Shown here: in pieces, positions 13,048 to 27,003 of the stretch
How the letters are laid out: each line of letters starts with the position of its first letter
Numbering within the stretch: the stretch's first letter is position 1
DNA from: Macrostomum lignano
Taxonomy: Eukaryota
NCBI GenBank assembly: GCA_002269645.1
Contig: NIVC01001223.1
Span: 62,001-126,000 of the forward strand
Reading direction: 5' to 3'
Length of the DNA: 64,000 nucleotides
Position numbers and translations under genes: made by a program
Notes under the pieces: generated by a model
The model's input: the letters and a program-made list of their open reading frames with translations, nothing else
Database searches by the model: none
Told to the model about the DNA's origin: nothing

Positions 13048-13274
13048 GCGGCAACAGCGGCCACCTCGAACTGACGGTGATTCCCCGACCGCCGTCCGGC
13101 CGCCAGCTTGAGGACCTCGTGCTGACGGTGCCGATGCCGCGGGCAGTGTCGGGCGCCAGCCTGGTGGCGAGCGCGGGCAAATACTCGTACGACACCGCCA
13201 GCCGCACTCTGGTTTGGACAGTCGGCCGGCTGGACTCTCAGAAGGGCGCCGGGTCGCCCACTCTGTGCGGAACG
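13048..13274 (+). CDS. AP3M1: AP-3 mu exon 5 (GNSGHLELTVIPR...PTLCGT)
   Basis: ttcccag acceptor, ACG|gtgtgt donor; phases consistent with neighbouring exons. Confidence 0.9.
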
Positions 13275-13444
13275 GTGTGTATTGGGGCTTGTCAAGTTTA
13301 GAGCCGGGCCAAACCCAGTGAAATCGATAAAAATAAGAAATCATATTTCTGAGGCATTTTTCCTCGAAAATTAGACAAATTTAAACATTGAATTCTCCCT
13401 TGTCACTCATATTTTGACTCAACAGACACGGTTATGGCATGAGG

Positions 13445-14015
13445 GGCTTCAAACACTTAAACTCACAATCCCTAAACCTCACAAACCCTAAACCTCACAA
13501 ACCCTAAACCTCACAATCCCTAAACCTCACAATCCCTAAACCTCTCAATCCCTTAACCTCACAAACCCTAAACCTCACATTCCTTAAACCTCACAATCCC
13601 TAAACCTCACAAACCCTAAACCTCACAATCCCTAAGCCTCACAATCCCTAAACCTCACAATCCCTAAACCTCACAATCCCTAAACCTCACAATCCCTTAA
13701 CCTCACAATCCCTTAACCTCACAATCCCTAAACCTCACAATCCCTTAACCTTACAATCCCTTAACCTCACAAACCCTAAACCTCATATTCCTTAAACCTC
13801 ACAATCCCTAAACCTCACAATCCCTAAGCCTCACAATCCCTAAACCCCACAATCCCTTAACTTTACAATCCCTTAACCTCACAATCCCCTAACCTCACAA
13901 TCCTTAAACCTCACAATCCCTAAACCCCACAATCCCTTAACTTTACAATCCCTAAACCTCACAATCCCCTAACCTCACAATCCTTAAACCTCACAATCCC
14001 TAAACCTCACGATCC
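13445..14015. repeat. 16-bp minisatellite (CCTCACAATCCCTAAA) in AP3M intron 5
   Basis: Direct inspection. Confidence 0.95.
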
Positions 14016-14276
14016 CAAATCCTCAACAAATCCTTCCATACCTTCATCTGACAAAAGTCCAATTAGCATTACCATTTACCACAACCTCCATTAATAATAT
14101 TGCTTGCTAATAGACTAGGCCTAATGATATGAAAAGTAAGGTCTTTTGTGAAAGAGAATGCTCTTAGGGCATGTAAAATTTTGGTCTTGCTAAGATTTGT
14201 GTCTATTAGCCTAACTTGTGCTAAGCACTCGTACAATGCCTTTGACGCTTGCACCCACTAACACAAACTAATGCAG

Positions 14277-14396
14277 CTGGTGATGCAGACTGGCGCACCT
14301 GTGCCGGACTGCCGGCCCAGCATCCTTGTTAGCTTCAGCATCACTGGTTGGACCATATCTGGCCTGAAAGTGAACCGGCTGGACCTGCATGGCGAG
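14277..14396 (+). CDS. AP3M1: AP-3 mu exon 6 (LVMQTGAP...ISGLKVNRLDLHGE)
   Basis: atgcag acceptor, GAG|gttagt donor; SGLKVNRLD motif. Confidence 0.95.
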
Positions 14397-14924
14397 GTTA
14401 GTACGGCTGTTATTATTGCTGAGTAATTTATAATAATAGTCTAAATAGCCTGCTAATCAAATTCAATTCTCAGAGCAAGCCGGTTCTGCATCAGAAAACT
14501 TCGGTAGGAGCTCTAAAATCCCAATTGTCCGGCACACTTTTTGTGCCAATATTTTATTACAGGCAATTTCGTTCTTAAGTTTTATTCGTGGCTTTTGATA
14601 TTACTATGCCGTAGTGGTTTGATTGCTTTTTTACATTTTGTGGCGTTTCCTGTTTATTTACAATCTTGGGCACTTTATAGGTTTATCTTACTACTATTTA
14701 TACTAATAATTGATATGCATTCAAAATTTATGGGATACATTGCCTGGCAATGTATGCAGCGTGCCAGCTTATTAATAGTAAATTGTAACATTTTTCTCCT
14801 TTTGTAGTTATCGTAATTATTGATTATGGCTAAGAATAGTCCTTGTGACTTCAAACAAAATTTGGATAGAGGACAAAGTTTTATGGATAGGGGACATTAT
14901 TGAGTATAGAAGGAAAGAACCGAG

Positions 14925-15760
14925 AGGAGAGAGGGCAAGGATTGAGGGGAGAGGGGATGGGATTGAGGGGAGAGAGGACAAGGTTGAAAGGAGAAGGGAC
15001 AGGATTGAGGGAGAAGGGAGGAGAGGGGACAGGATTGAGGGTGGAGGGGACAGGATTGAGGGTGGAGGGGACAGGATTGAGGGTGGAGGGGACAGGATTG
15101 AGGGGAGAGGGGACAGGATTGAGGGTAGAGGGGACAGGATTGAGGGGAGAGGGGACAGGATTGAGGGTGGAGGGGACAGGATTGAGGGGAGAGGGGACAG
15201 GATTGAGGGTGGAGGGGACAGAATTGAGGGGAGAGGGGACAGGATTGAGGGGAGAGGAGACAGGATTGAGGGGAGAGGGGACAGGATTGAAGGGAGAGGG
15301 GACAGGATTGAAGGGAGAGGGGACAGGATTGAGGGGAGAGGGGACAGGATTGAGGGGAGAGGGGACAGGATTGAGGGGAGAGGGGACAGGATTGAGGGGA
15401 GAGGGGACAGGATTGAGGGGAGAGGGGACAGGATTGGGGGGAGAGGGGACAGGATTGAGGGTGGAGGGGACAGGATTGAGGGGAGAGGAGACAGGATTGA
15501 GGGGAGAGGGGACAGGATTGAGGGTGGAGGGGACAGGATTGAAGGGAGAGGGGACATGATTGAGGGGAGAGGAGACAGGGTTGAAGGGAGAGGGGACAGG
15601 ATTGAGGGGAGAGGAGACAGGGTTGAAGGGAGAGGGGACAGGATTGAGGGGAGAGGAGACGGTTGAAGGGAGAGGGGACAGGATTGAGGGGAGAGGAGAC
15701 AGGGTTGAAGGGAGAGGGGACAGGATTGAGGGGAGAGGAGACAGGGTTGAAGGGAGGGAC
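14925..15760. repeat. 21-bp G-rich minisatellite (GGGGACAGGATTGAGGGGAGA) in AP3M intron 6
   Basis: Direct inspection; explains the RIEGRGD/SPLPSIL pseudo-ORFs. Confidence 0.95.
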
Positions 15761-16014
15761 GACAGAAGGTAGATGGACAGCGGCAGGGACACTTTAATTG
15801 CACTGGATTGGATGCTGTTTTACAACAGTAGGTATTTAGATAGAATTTACAATTGCATTTAATTGAGATCCACTGCTATACAGAAACTCGCATAATACTC
15901 CACTTGTGTATGAACTAATACGAGCGTAACTCTGGGGTTGTTGCTTCAAATGCTACTGGTACAGTGTTTTTACTATAAATAAATAAGACATAAATTCCAA
16001 CAAATAAATTGCAG

Positions 16015-16080
16015 AAATACAAGCCGTTTAAAGGTGTCAAATACGTGACGAAGGCGGGCAAACTCGAGTTCCGCACCTAA
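16015..16080 (+). CDS. AP3M1: AP-3 mu exon 7 (KYKPFKGVKYVTKAGKLEFRT*)
   Basis: ttgcag acceptor; canonical mu3 C-terminus; TAA stop. Confidence 0.97.
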   Translation, partial: KYKPFKGVKYVTKAGKLEFRT

Positions 16081-16409
16081 GTGGCTTTGCCACCTCGATT
16101 TGAGCAAGGAGTCAATTTTTGACTGCTAAATACTGGCTTGATAGTTTTTGTGTGTCTTTGTCTTTATTTTCTATTGTTTTGTAATGCGTCCCGTTATATA
16201 GCGCATGCAGCGGTGTTAAATTCTAGTCTTGCGACTGTCGTTTTTTAAGACGAATTTATCATCTGCTCTGGCAGTGCAACTGACAGCTGGCTAAGTTCTT
16301 TAATTTTACGAGTATCTTTTAGAAGCAGAAATCTCAGTTGTTTTCAAATTGGGGTCAAAGTTTTAATTAAATTGTGGGTACTTTGATTCACAGCCTGCTT
16401 CACAGTCTG

Positions 16410-18585
16410 TAAGATTCACAACCTCCCAGATTCACAACCTCCCAGATTCACAACCTCCCAGATTCACAGCCTCCCAGATTCACAGCCTCCCAGATTCACA
16501 ACCCTCCCAGCTTCACAACCTCCCAGATTCACAACCTCCCAGATTCACAGCCTCCCAGATTCACAACCTCCCAGATTCACAACCCTCCCAGCTTCACAAC
16601 CTCCCAGATTCACAACCTCCCAGATTCACAGCCTCCCAGATTCACAACCCTCCTAGATTCACAAACCTCCTACCGGTATATTCACAACATCGCAGATTCA
16701 CAACCTCCCAGATTCACAACCTCCCAGATTCACAACCTCCCAGATTCACAACCTCCCAGATTCACAACCTCCCAGATTCACAACCTCCCAGATTCACAAC
16801 CTCCCAGATTCACAACCTCCCAGATTCACAACATCGCAGATTCACAACCTCCCAGATTCACAACCTCCCAGATTCACAACCTCCCAGATTCACAACCTCC
16901 TACCGAAAGATTCACAACCTCCCAGATTCACAACCTCCCAGATTCACAACCTCCTACCGAAAGATTCACAACCTCCTACCGAAAGATTCACAACCTCCCA
17001 GATTCACAACCTCCCAGATTCACAACCTCCCAGATTCACAACCTCCCAGATTCACAACCTCCCAGATTCACAACCTCCCAGATTCACAACCTCCCAGATT
17101 CACAACCTCCTACCGGAAGATTCACAACCTCCCAGATTCACAACCTCCCAGATTCACAACCTCCCAGATTCACAACCTCCTACCGAAAGATTCACAACCT
17201 CCCAGATTCACAACCTCCCAGATTCACAACCTCCTACCGAAAGATTCACAACCTCCTACCGAAAGATTCACAACCTCCCAGATTCACAACCTCCTACCGA
17301 AAGATTCACAACCTCCCAGATTCACAACCTCCCAGATTCACAACCTCCCAGATTCACAACCTCCCAGATTCACAACCTCCCAGATTCACAACCTCCTACC
17401 GGAAGATTCACAACCTCCCAGATTCACAACCTCCCAGATTCACAACCTCCCAGATTCACAACCTCCTACCGAAAGATTCACAACCTCCCAGATTCACAAC
17501 CTCCCAGATTCACAACCTCCTACCGAAAGATTCACAACCTCCTACCGAAAGATTCACAACCTCCCAGATTCACAACCTCCCAGATTCACAACCTCCTACC
17601 GAAAGATTCACAACCTCCCAGATTCACAACCTCCCAGATTCACAACCTCCCAGATTCACAACCTCCCAGATTCACAACCTCCCAGATTCACAACCTCCTA
17701 CCGGAAGATTCACAACCTCCCAGATTCACAACCTCCCAGATTCACAACCTCCCAGATTCACAACCTCCTACCGAAAGATTCACAACCTCCTACCGAAAGA
17801 TTCACAACCTCCCAGATTCACAACCTCCCAGATTCACAACCTCCTACCGAAAGATTCACAACCTCCCAGATTCACAACCTCCCAGATTCACAACCTCCTA
17901 CCGAAAGATTCACAACCTCCCAGATTCACAACCTCCCAGATTCACAACCTCCCAGATTCACAACCTCCTACCGAAAGATTCACAACCTCCCAGATTCACA
18001 ACCTCCCAGATTCACAACCTCCCAGATTCACAACCTCCCAGATTCACAACCTCCCAGATTCACAACCTCCCAGATTCACAACCTCCCAGATTCACAACCT
18101 CCCAGATTCACAACCTCCTACCGAAAGATTCACAACCTCCCAGATTCACAACCTCCCAGATTCACAACCTCCCAGATTCACAACCTCCCAGATTCACAAC
18201 CTCCTACCGGAAGATTCACAACCTCCCAGATTCACAACCTCCCAAATTCGCAACCTCCCAGATTCACAACCTCCTACCGGAAGATTCACAACCTCCCAGA
18301 TTCACAACCTCCCAGATTCACAACATCGCAGATTCACAACCTCCCAGATTCACAACCTCCCAGATTCACAACCTCCCAGATTCACAACCTCCCAGATTCA
18401 CAACCTCCTACCGGAAGATTCACAACCTCCCAGATTCACAACCTCCCAAATTCGCAACCTCCCAGATTCACAACCTCCTACCGGAAGATTCACAACCTCC
18501 CAGATTCACAACCTCCCAGATTCACAACCTCCTACCGGAAGATTCACAACCTCCCAGATTCACAACCTCCCAAATTCGCAACCAA
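16410..18585. repeat. Mixed 16-bp (AGATTCACAACCTCCC) / 22-bp (AGATTCACAACCTCCTACCG[A/G]A) tandem array
   Basis: Direct inspection. Confidence 0.95.
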
Positions 18586-19519
18586 TTTGTGAGAATGTTT
18601 AGTGCCTGTGTGTCAGCGATAGCTTTCTATAGTGGAAATCATTTCCTAATAAATGTATTCCGTACTATAATTTTTTTCAGTAATAATAGTTGACGTTGTT
18701 GGTGCTAATTTGTTTTACTGGTTATAATTTTGTGTCTGTCTCTAGTCCACTATTTATAATACTAGCTGCTATTACTACTGTTACTATTGTTTATATTATT
18801 ATTATTCCAAATGCAAACACAGCGTTTCCTCTGAGAGCCCTTTTATTGATTTATTTTTTGGTGATTGGCTTACTTCGTGTTGTGAAAGAATATTTACTGC
18901 TTCTTTATTGTTGCCTGTCACTTTCTGCAAGCATACTTTTATAACAATCAGTCCTATTGTCCGCCTTTTCCTATTTCCTGTAATACATTATTTTGTCTCC
19001 GTGTCTTCAGTTGTCGCCGCAATATTTTTCTTGAATATTTTTTTCATTATTAGAAGAATTTATTTTGATTTATTTGTTTTCTGGCTGTACTAATTATTAT
19101 ATTGTTGTGCGTCCTGTTGCCATCCAAGTTTATTTGTTTGTTTGCAAATAAAATTATTAAACTGATTTAACTATAACAGTCTGTTTTTTTCCTTGTCTCT
19201 CTGATAAATTAATTCTATAATATTACAATTCTGTTTGTTTGTGTTTCTTATTATTATTAAGAAATGTGCCATTTTTATTATTTCAGGCACAGGAAATGTC
19301 CGTAGGATATTAAATTAACACAGAATCCTAACTTTCAAAGCAGAAAAGCTCTACGAATATCAACGGACCTATAAGAAAAGCAAGTCATATCAAAAGATAA
19401 ACATCGGGTCTGCCTGCTATCAAAAGCAATTAATCGATTTTGTGCTGTAAAATGAAAAACTATACTTTCAAATGAAACTGAACTAAATAAAAAACCTGCC
19501 GAAAAATTTCCAAGAAACG

Positions 19520-19925
19520 TAAGTTTCCCTAGTAGTGCTAGTAGTACATGATATTGTGCATGTAAATTGTTTGCATATACCGGCACTAGTAGTACAATAT
19601 GATTGTGTACTTGTACACAGCTTGCATATACTAGTAGTACAATATATGATTGTGTACATGTACACAGCTCGCAAATACTAATAGTACAATATGATTGTGT
19701 ACATGTACACAGCTTGCATATATAATACTAGTAGTGCATTATGATGGCGTACATGTACACAGTTAGAATATACTATACGAGCTACTAGTAGTGCAATATA
19801 ACGGTGTAAATATGTACACACGGTTTGAATCTACATTGTACTGGTAGTACATATGATTGTGTACTTTGCTTGCATATATTAGTAGTACAAAATGATGGTG
19901 TATAGTACATGTACTTTAATAGCTA
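19520..19925. repeat. Degenerate repeat of about 45 bp (CTAGTAGTACAATATGATTGTGTACATGTACACAGCTTGCATATA)
   Basis: About 8 imperfect copies. Confidence 0.8.
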
Positions 19926-20500
19926 CTAGTTAAAAAAACAAAAAAGGACCGAGTTTCTTTATTTTTAATAATTATAAGCACTTGTACAGGTATACCACTT
20001 GGCCTGCAGCCAATATGTATTTATTAATCGCATAATCGATAGCTTTAGTCAAAATAAATTTTCAATCAACAGAGTAACAACGAATGCAAATATTGTGTCA
20101 CTATCCAATATTTAGTTATTAATGACCCGCCCATGTCGAACAGTCGAGTGCAGTCATCTTTTTTCCTTTGAATTCGGCAGCGAAAGCCGCACATGTTATC
20201 GCCGCATCGAAAACCAACTGAAAAAACTTGACTCAAAAAATTAGGCATCAAAAAAGATTCAGCACAACGATAGATAATGTAAGTACCAATTGAACTTTCA
20301 ATTATAAAACTTCAGTTATATGCAGACTTATTAAAACATTTTAACAAATCTTATGCCACACATTCTACTCTCAGTAGCTTCATAAGATTATTTATCACAA
20401 TGGGAGATTGGGGAGGTTAGGGCGGCTGCACAGGTGGTGAAAGAGTTCTGAGTTGAAGTTGAAAATTCAAATTCGTCAGTCTGCAGAGCACATTCCAGTC

Positions 20501-21060
20501 TCAATTGGCCAAGTAGATCACCTGGTGGCGCTCCATCAACTCGATGTCGCGCTCCAGCTGCTTCATCTCGCTCTCGATTCGCTCTTTGCGGTTCTTCTTG
20601 GGCACCGTGTCGGTCATGACGCTCAGCGACTGGTACTGGTGGTGCAGATCCTCCCAGTTCTTCTTCAGGCCGAACACGATGGCTTGGCGCTCCTCGTCAG
20701 TCAGCTGCTGCATGGCGCCCCGTTGCCGCATCTCCTTCACGTAGTTGTCGTATTCCTCCTGGGCCCGCCGGATCTCGTCGGCTCGCTTCTTCAGATACTC
20801 GGGCACCTCGCCGTAGTCTTTGCGGTTCCGGTAAACCGGCTCCAGGCCGCTCGGGTCCAGCGAGAACTTGTCGCCTTTGCGCGAGTCAACCAGATTCTTC
20901 TCCGGCTTCTTCGCCACGGACAGGATGTTCTCAACGGCGTTCTGGGCGATGAAGTTCTTCTTGGTCTTGATGCCCATCACTGGGGGCGCCTCGTTCGCCT
21001 TCGGCACGGGCGGCCGGCGGGGCTGACTCGACCTATCGTGCTCGTTCGGGTCGACGACAA
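20501..21060 (-). CDS. ENKUR: Enkurin exon 3 (VVDPNEH...PPVPKANEAPPVMGIKTKKNFI...LERDIELMERHQVIYLAN*)
   Basis: Enkurin domain (KDYGEVPEYL, GLKKNWE..H.YQSLSV); ccatcag acceptor; TGA stop. Confidence 0.95.
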
Positions 21061-21312
21061 CTGATGGCGTGGAGGAGGGCAGTGTGGGGTCGCAATCATG
21101 CTCAGACTTTTATACAAGTTTTCATTTAACACGTGCATTAGAAAGTTCCACCGATTTTACTAATATTGAATTTCGTGAGCAAGTTTTGAGAAAGATGATG
21201 CTTAGGAAAAGTCTCTCACAGGCTTGGAATGATACAAGCTATAAATTAGATTTTAAATGCATCAATTTATCCAAGTTGTGAGTAATAGTTGACTTTTATC
21301 TGTGCTACTCAC

Positions 21313-21458
21313 CTGCCGGGGGTTTGGTCTCTCTTGTGTGCTTCTTGAGAAACTCGTTGGGCTGGGCGGTAGGTACTTGGGCCTCGCCCATGGTTTTGTG
21401 AGCGAATCGGTTGGCTGCATACTCATCCTTCACTGTTGACTTGAACCTGGACTGGTGC
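21313..21458 (-). CDS. ENKUR: Enkurin exon 2 (HQSRFKSTVKDEY...KTMGEAQVPTAQPNEFLKKHTRE)
   Basis: aaaatag acceptor, G|gtgagt donor; KTMG.A.V...P..FLKKH motif. Confidence 0.93.
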
Positions 21459-22418
21459 CTATTTTGGTGTAGAAGAGAAAAATGTCATTGTAGTCAGTGC
21501 ATTCATATAGCCTCTATCACTCACTGACATGTCTCTAATCTATTGAGGTTTTGGTATGGGTTAAGTAATTGTTGATTTTTTATATTTTACACGATTCATA
21601 AGCTTGAATATATTATAAACTATGAATCTATTATATATTAAATCAAATATTAAGGAAAACCATATATGCATTTTGTACTTTTTGAGCTAATTTAAAATGT
21701 GAATTTATTGTTATTAAACTTATAAGTGGTAGAAAAATGTCTTACAGTATGTTATGTCTTAATAAATGTTCTCTGTTACATTTTATTTAAAAAAATTGAC
21801 TGATAGCCTACATCCACTAGCTAGTTGAATTGAATGACATAATAAAATATTTTATGTAAGAACTTTTTCTCTCAAGGTCAGCAAAAAGACCTGCTTTTAA
21901 TTTCCTAATTGAAAGAGGGGCAATAATAAATAAAAGATACGTAGAGGATAAATTAAACAGTAGCTTTCTCAAAAAAGTGGTAGTGGCGCCAATAACATTT
22001 TTATTAAATACTCACTCTAGGCAAAAATAGTAGCAGTAATAAGTCTACAAAACTGGAAAACAAAGCTACTTCTAGTAGATTTTTTAGTTTTAAATACAAA
22101 CTGCCTATAGGTATGGGTTTTTAGTTAATTAGTTAGTAGTGACGACGCCAAATTTATACCAGCTGGGCGGCTACGTTTTAATCTGAGTTCAAGCACGAAA
22201 TATTTTATTCAAAGTAGGTGCAAATAGATTTTGAGCTCCAATAATATTTTATTATAATGTAGAGATATTTCTTATGTTTCTTATTTCTTATGCGGCAACG
22301 ATACCTTATAAATAGCGCTTGATATATCTAAACGAATACAGATGCGTTCTAACTCTAGTCCTTCGGGCAAAAAAGTTTTAGTGAAAATTGAGAAAATAAG
22401 CAATATTGATCAACATAC

Positions 22419-22489
22419 TTGGGCGGCCTTGCAGCTGCTGCTTCTTGGCGCGGAATAAGATTGTAAATGTTTTCTGCGTGGCTGCTCAT
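22419..22489 (-). CDS. ENKUR: Enkurin exon 1 (MSSHAENIYNLIPRQEAAAARPP-K)
   Basis: E.IYNLIP motif; AA|gtatgt donor; the spliced CDS is 777 nt (258 aa). Confidence 0.92.
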
Positions 22490-24629
22490 ATTCGTTTGTT
22501 ACTTTGTCTTGTAATGAATGTACTTCGTATAATAGTACAAGGCTACCAAAGTTTGTTTAGTTTTGAGCCAATTTTACGCTGCGATTATGATCTTTAAAAT
22601 ACTTTGAAACGATGCACGATCTGCTTAGATACAAAAAAATATAATTAAATGCAAAAATATGTATAAAAAATTGTTTGATTCTTGTTTTTATTGACCATTT
22701 ATACTGAAGTAGAATTTATATTTATATACCTGTTATTTATTGTATGTTTTTTGTTAAACTCTTTCTAAACTATCTAAAGAATCCGTAAATTTAATATTTT
22801 CTGACAGTAAACTTCTACTATTTGAATCTAATAAATTCTCAGTTAGATGGCGAACATACATATTTTAAGAAATATGTCATGTATAACGTATAATAGTCTT
22901 TTGGTTTCAAACCATTTGGCTATGAAGTCTTCGATTTATGAAATTTCCGATTTCCAGAGAAAATATTTTGGAAGAGAGATGGGATTAGAGTTGCAATTTT
23001 GCAAAGCAATTTGTTTGATTGTTTGCCTCAGGAGTCCAAAAACTTAAACTTAACATTCTTCTAACTAACTCAAACTGAAAAAATTACACTACAAGTAGCA
23101 TTACATGTAGATAATTAATTTTTATAACAAATTCGAAATTCAAAAAAAAATAAGAATAAAAGAAATTTTTGGAAAAGCAGAAAATATCAGGTTTCATGCT
23201 TATGCTTTAAAAGCGAAGCCAGCAGTCTGACAAAATTGAGAGTTACGAGCACTTAAGACTTTCCAGAAAGTCTGCTTAGAGTCGGTATACATGTAAGGCA
23301 AATCATGGATTAGGACAGGCTTACAGGCGCCATCTTAGTGAAAATGGCGCCATCATAGCAATTAGTCTTTATTATATTTCAGTCTAAAAGCACTGCAATT
23401 GATTTAGTAAAACCCTTCAAAACCCCTTAGCCTTTTTCCTAACGGATGAGCAAAGTGCATTAATTTCGTATTATTGTAAAAAAGAAATTAGCGCCTCTCG
23501 AAAGATTCAACTTGGAAAAAGTAAAGTTTACATGAGCAGAGCAAGCGCGCACGATCTTTCGAGAAATTAAGATTATTACGAGCTATCCCGCCCAAGTGCG
23601 CCAAAATTCTGATCGATGACAGAACTTTCTAAACAATTGGACTACAACGCAACCAAAAAATAAAACGTAAATCCAACGCGTAACGCAATGTACGGACAAT
23701 CCACATGCGGCCTGCCTATGGTGCGGAGCTTGCGTCTGCAATCATATCATTACATACTCGTATCTATAGTCCTCGACGTCTGCGCGGTGCTTGTAGCGTT
23801 GGAGCCAGCAGGATGTCCCCGCAGAGTGCAGAGGCTTGGACAGTATAGACTCAGAGCAAGTGCATATTACATATATTACATATTACACTATTACATATAC
23901 TGTATAGAGCCCAAATCGATCGATACGATCATATCATGTCATCAAATACCTAGATCTGATCCTACATACGCTTTAGTAAAACTCATATTTTGAAACTGAG
24001 TTCAAAATGGCATCCTGGCTAGGTCCAAATTCAAAGTAAATACCGGAGATTCCCAGCTGGAATCTGTGGAAAAGTTCAAAATCAATTAAAAAAGCAACAT
24101 CTCTACCCCATCCTGTACACTGCTGAGCCTCTGACATACAGAAGTTGCAGAAGTCAGCAAGCTCCATGCTTATAAAATTCCAAAATTCCCAAATTAAAGT
24201 TGATCTGTTATCATGACGCACGCAATCACTCAAAAAAATGTAGGGTTTTAAAGCTATACAACTAAACCATAGAATTCCGAAATGTACTCGTATATCTCAG
24301 CCATGGGCAAGTTTCGATTTGGGAAGCATGCAATCACTGTAAGATGCAATGAAATCGTTTAATTCTTACAATTTAAAGCTTGTAAGAGAATCCAGTTGTA
24401 AAAATACTCGCTTATAATAGGCTACATGACCCCAAAAAGGGTTTGTACTAGCCTCAGACTATTACATAAAAACTGGCTTAATTAGTCAAGCTTTAGATGT
24501 ACATGTATGTCATTCAAAGAATTTAGAAAGTGCACAGTACAAATGAAAATGGAAGTTTTTGCTGTACTGCTCAGAAGCTGCACTAGATTAACAGAACCGG
24601 GTTAAATGCGGAACCAGTGTCAAATTGGT

Positions 24630-25030
24630 GAAAAAAACAACAATAGCAATAAAAATAACAGCAGCAGCAACAACAACAACAACAGTAAAAACAACAACAA
24701 CCACAACCACAACAACAACAACAACAAAAATAACAATAACAGCAACAATAACAGACACAGCCCAGCAAGGTCAAGCGGTCAGGGTGCATCAAATGTCGCA
24801 CCGCCGAGCGAGCCCGCGAACGAAGTCCACCCGGGCAGTGTCGGGCGCTAGTGTTCAGCAGGACGTCCTGCAGAAGCTGGGGGCAGCAGCTCTCGGCCCA
24901 CATCACGCGGACAGGCGTTGCACGGGCCCTCTGGTCACAGGGCCTCGGTCCCGACACTCTCGTCAGCTCGAAAGGCCTCGCGGAGCTGCCCCCGAATGCG
25001 CCGAGTCCAACTGTCGCTCCAGTTGATTCA
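24630..25030 (-). mobile_element. Second RTE-like LINE 3' fragment with a long (TTG/TGT)n tail
   Basis: Shares aaggtcaagcggtcagggtgcatca, cagcaggacgtcct and gccgagtcca blocks with 11237-11530; encodes LERQLDSAHSG...WAESCCPQLLQDVLL; (CAA)n tract at 24630-24755. Confidence 0.8.
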
Positions 25031-25899
25031 TGGACCCCAGCTTCAGGCACCGGCGGAACAGGGGGGGGGGTGCAGCTGCTCCTTCTCAAGAGGTCAAGGA
25101 GGTCACCCGCCCCTAGTGAAAGTGAGGGTCATGTTTCATGATCATGCATGGGCGAGACAGATCAGAGTTAGTTACGAGAGTAAGTCGACACTGCAACAGT
25201 GATGATGCAGTCCTCCTGTGCTCAGCGGTGCGTGCAGCGTCTGGGCCGCCAAAAAAATTATAGTCATGTTTTTATCTATGCCGATTAATTAAGCAGATCT
25301 ATGCTTGATTTAGGGCTCAACTGCGCTGCCAATGAAGCGCAGCTCAGGATTTCAAAAGGCCCCGCCAGCCATTTAGGCGTCCGTCAGTCAGGCCGTGCCG
25401 CTTTCACTTTGCAGAAAAAAAGGCTGTCCTATAGCTGTGCGTATGCCGGCCTGTGTTCCCTCATCATCATCATATCATCCCCATGCGCTGGAAATCTTCT
25501 TCTGGCTGGAGCCGCAAAGACGGGGCTTCTAGGGCTCCCAGCTTCCTTCATCATCTTCACCCGATTCCTTCAAGGCTTTACAGTTTTTTCTCAACAAAGA
25601 GACTTTTTTCTTGCTCTCCCCATTCCTTGGCGGCCGCTTTTTCTCGGGTTTGCTCTGCTTGGATTCAGCCAAGCCAAAAAATGCCTTAATTATGCGCTTT
25701 GGCGGCGATAAGCCACTCAAATCCAAGCCTCGCAACTCCGCGGGTGCGTCTGTGAAGTTTTTCCGCCAAGCTCAGCTACCCTTTCTCCGCTGTCTGGCCA
25801 TCCCCGCGGCCGCTCCCCTTCCGCGGGGTGGAGGAGAGGATGTGTCGAGACACAACTGCTCAAACTCCCGCGCTCCGTTGTCCCGCCGCGGCGGTCCCA

Positions 25900-25945
25900 A
25901 AGCGCCAATCTCATTGGCTGAGACCGCCAGCCAATCGGAGCCGCT
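25900..25945. promoter_or_regulatory. Cluster of three CCAAT boxes in GC-rich DNA about 180-210 bp upstream of the zinc-finger gene ATG
   Basis: gcgCCAATctcATTGGctgagaccgccagCCAATcggag. Confidence 0.55.
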
Positions 25946-26116
25946 CGCACTGAACGGAGATTCTGGCTGGCGCCCACCATCGAGTTGCGAGTCCCCGTGT
26001 CCCAGTTTTTAATGGGGGGGCGACCGCCACACTGGGCTGGCTTCTCCGCTCGTCCCAACCATCTGCAGAGAGACCCCAACAAGCTGCTGTCTGACTCCCC
26101 AGTTCAAGCACTCAGG

Positions 26117-26845
26117 ATGGCCTTCAACGCAGCCACAGAGGGCCGGGCCATGCCTGGCTCAGCCTACCCGCCTGCGGGCCCGCCGCCGCCTCCGTCGCCG
26201 TCTCAGCGGCAGTCGCACTTGCACGGCGGTCAGCTGCACCCGCCACATCCGTCGGCATCGAATCTTCATCATCCGGTGTCCCAGGTGCACCCGCCACCGC
26301 CGCCGCCGCCGCCGCCGGCTGCATTTTTCTGGCCGCTGAGCTACCCGGCGGCTTATCACCATCCAGCCGCACCGGACCTGGAGAATTTCTACCGTTTCGG
26401 CTATCCGAGCGCCCTGCAGATGGGCGGCAGCAGCGGCGGCGGCGGCGGCAGCGACGCCAGGAAGTCGGCCGAGATGCCAATCGACGCTTCTTCTGCATCG
26501 GCTGGCGGCTTCTCCGGATTTGGCAGCCACTCCAGCAATTCGCACCTGCAGCACCCGCACCTGCAGCAGCAGCACCATCAACAGCACCAGCACCAGCAGC
26601 ATCACCATCAGCAGCAGCAGCAGATTTCTAGCCCGCAGAAGGCCATCATCAGCGGTGGACAAAATTGCAACAGCGAAGATGCCGGCGACACCTGCGTCGG
26701 CGACGACGGCGACTGCGACGGCGATGCTGACTGCAACATCGGCGACGACTGCGGCACCAGCAGCGGGGGCGTCGGTGGTGGCGACAGCGGCGGCGGAGTC
26801 GATGGACCGCCGTTTCGCGGCTTCAAGTGCAAAATCTGTCATCAG
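26117..26845 (+). CDS. ZNF362: lin-29/rotund/ZNF362-384-family C2H2 factor, exon 1 (Pro/His/Gln-rich N-terminus ending FKCKICHQ)
   Basis: GC-rich ORF; CAG|gtgaga phase-0 donor in the middle of finger 1; the exact start ATG is less certain. Confidence 0.8.
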
Positions 26846-27003
26846 GTGAGACTTGCCGCTGGGGGTTGCAGGTGGCAGTTTGCCCAAACCCATTCTTCTC
26901 TTGGTTCCTGGCGAGTTCGAAGAAATTTCATTATAACAAATGATTGCCAATTTTTCATGATTACTTGAATTTGGCAAGAGGCAGGAGGCGTACGCTGGAG
27001 GAA

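Noticed and set aside
14817-15803. Repetitive ORFs here and at 28287-29328, 29669-31039, 36819-37731, 40470-41210 and 49637-51296
   Set aside because: All are translations of tandem repeats, mostly inside introns of real genes, and are open in several frames at once
23325-23352. Paired YY1-like motifs (gcgccatctt / aaaatggcgcc)
   Set aside because: Short motifs with no positional evidence; could be chance or a repeat remnant
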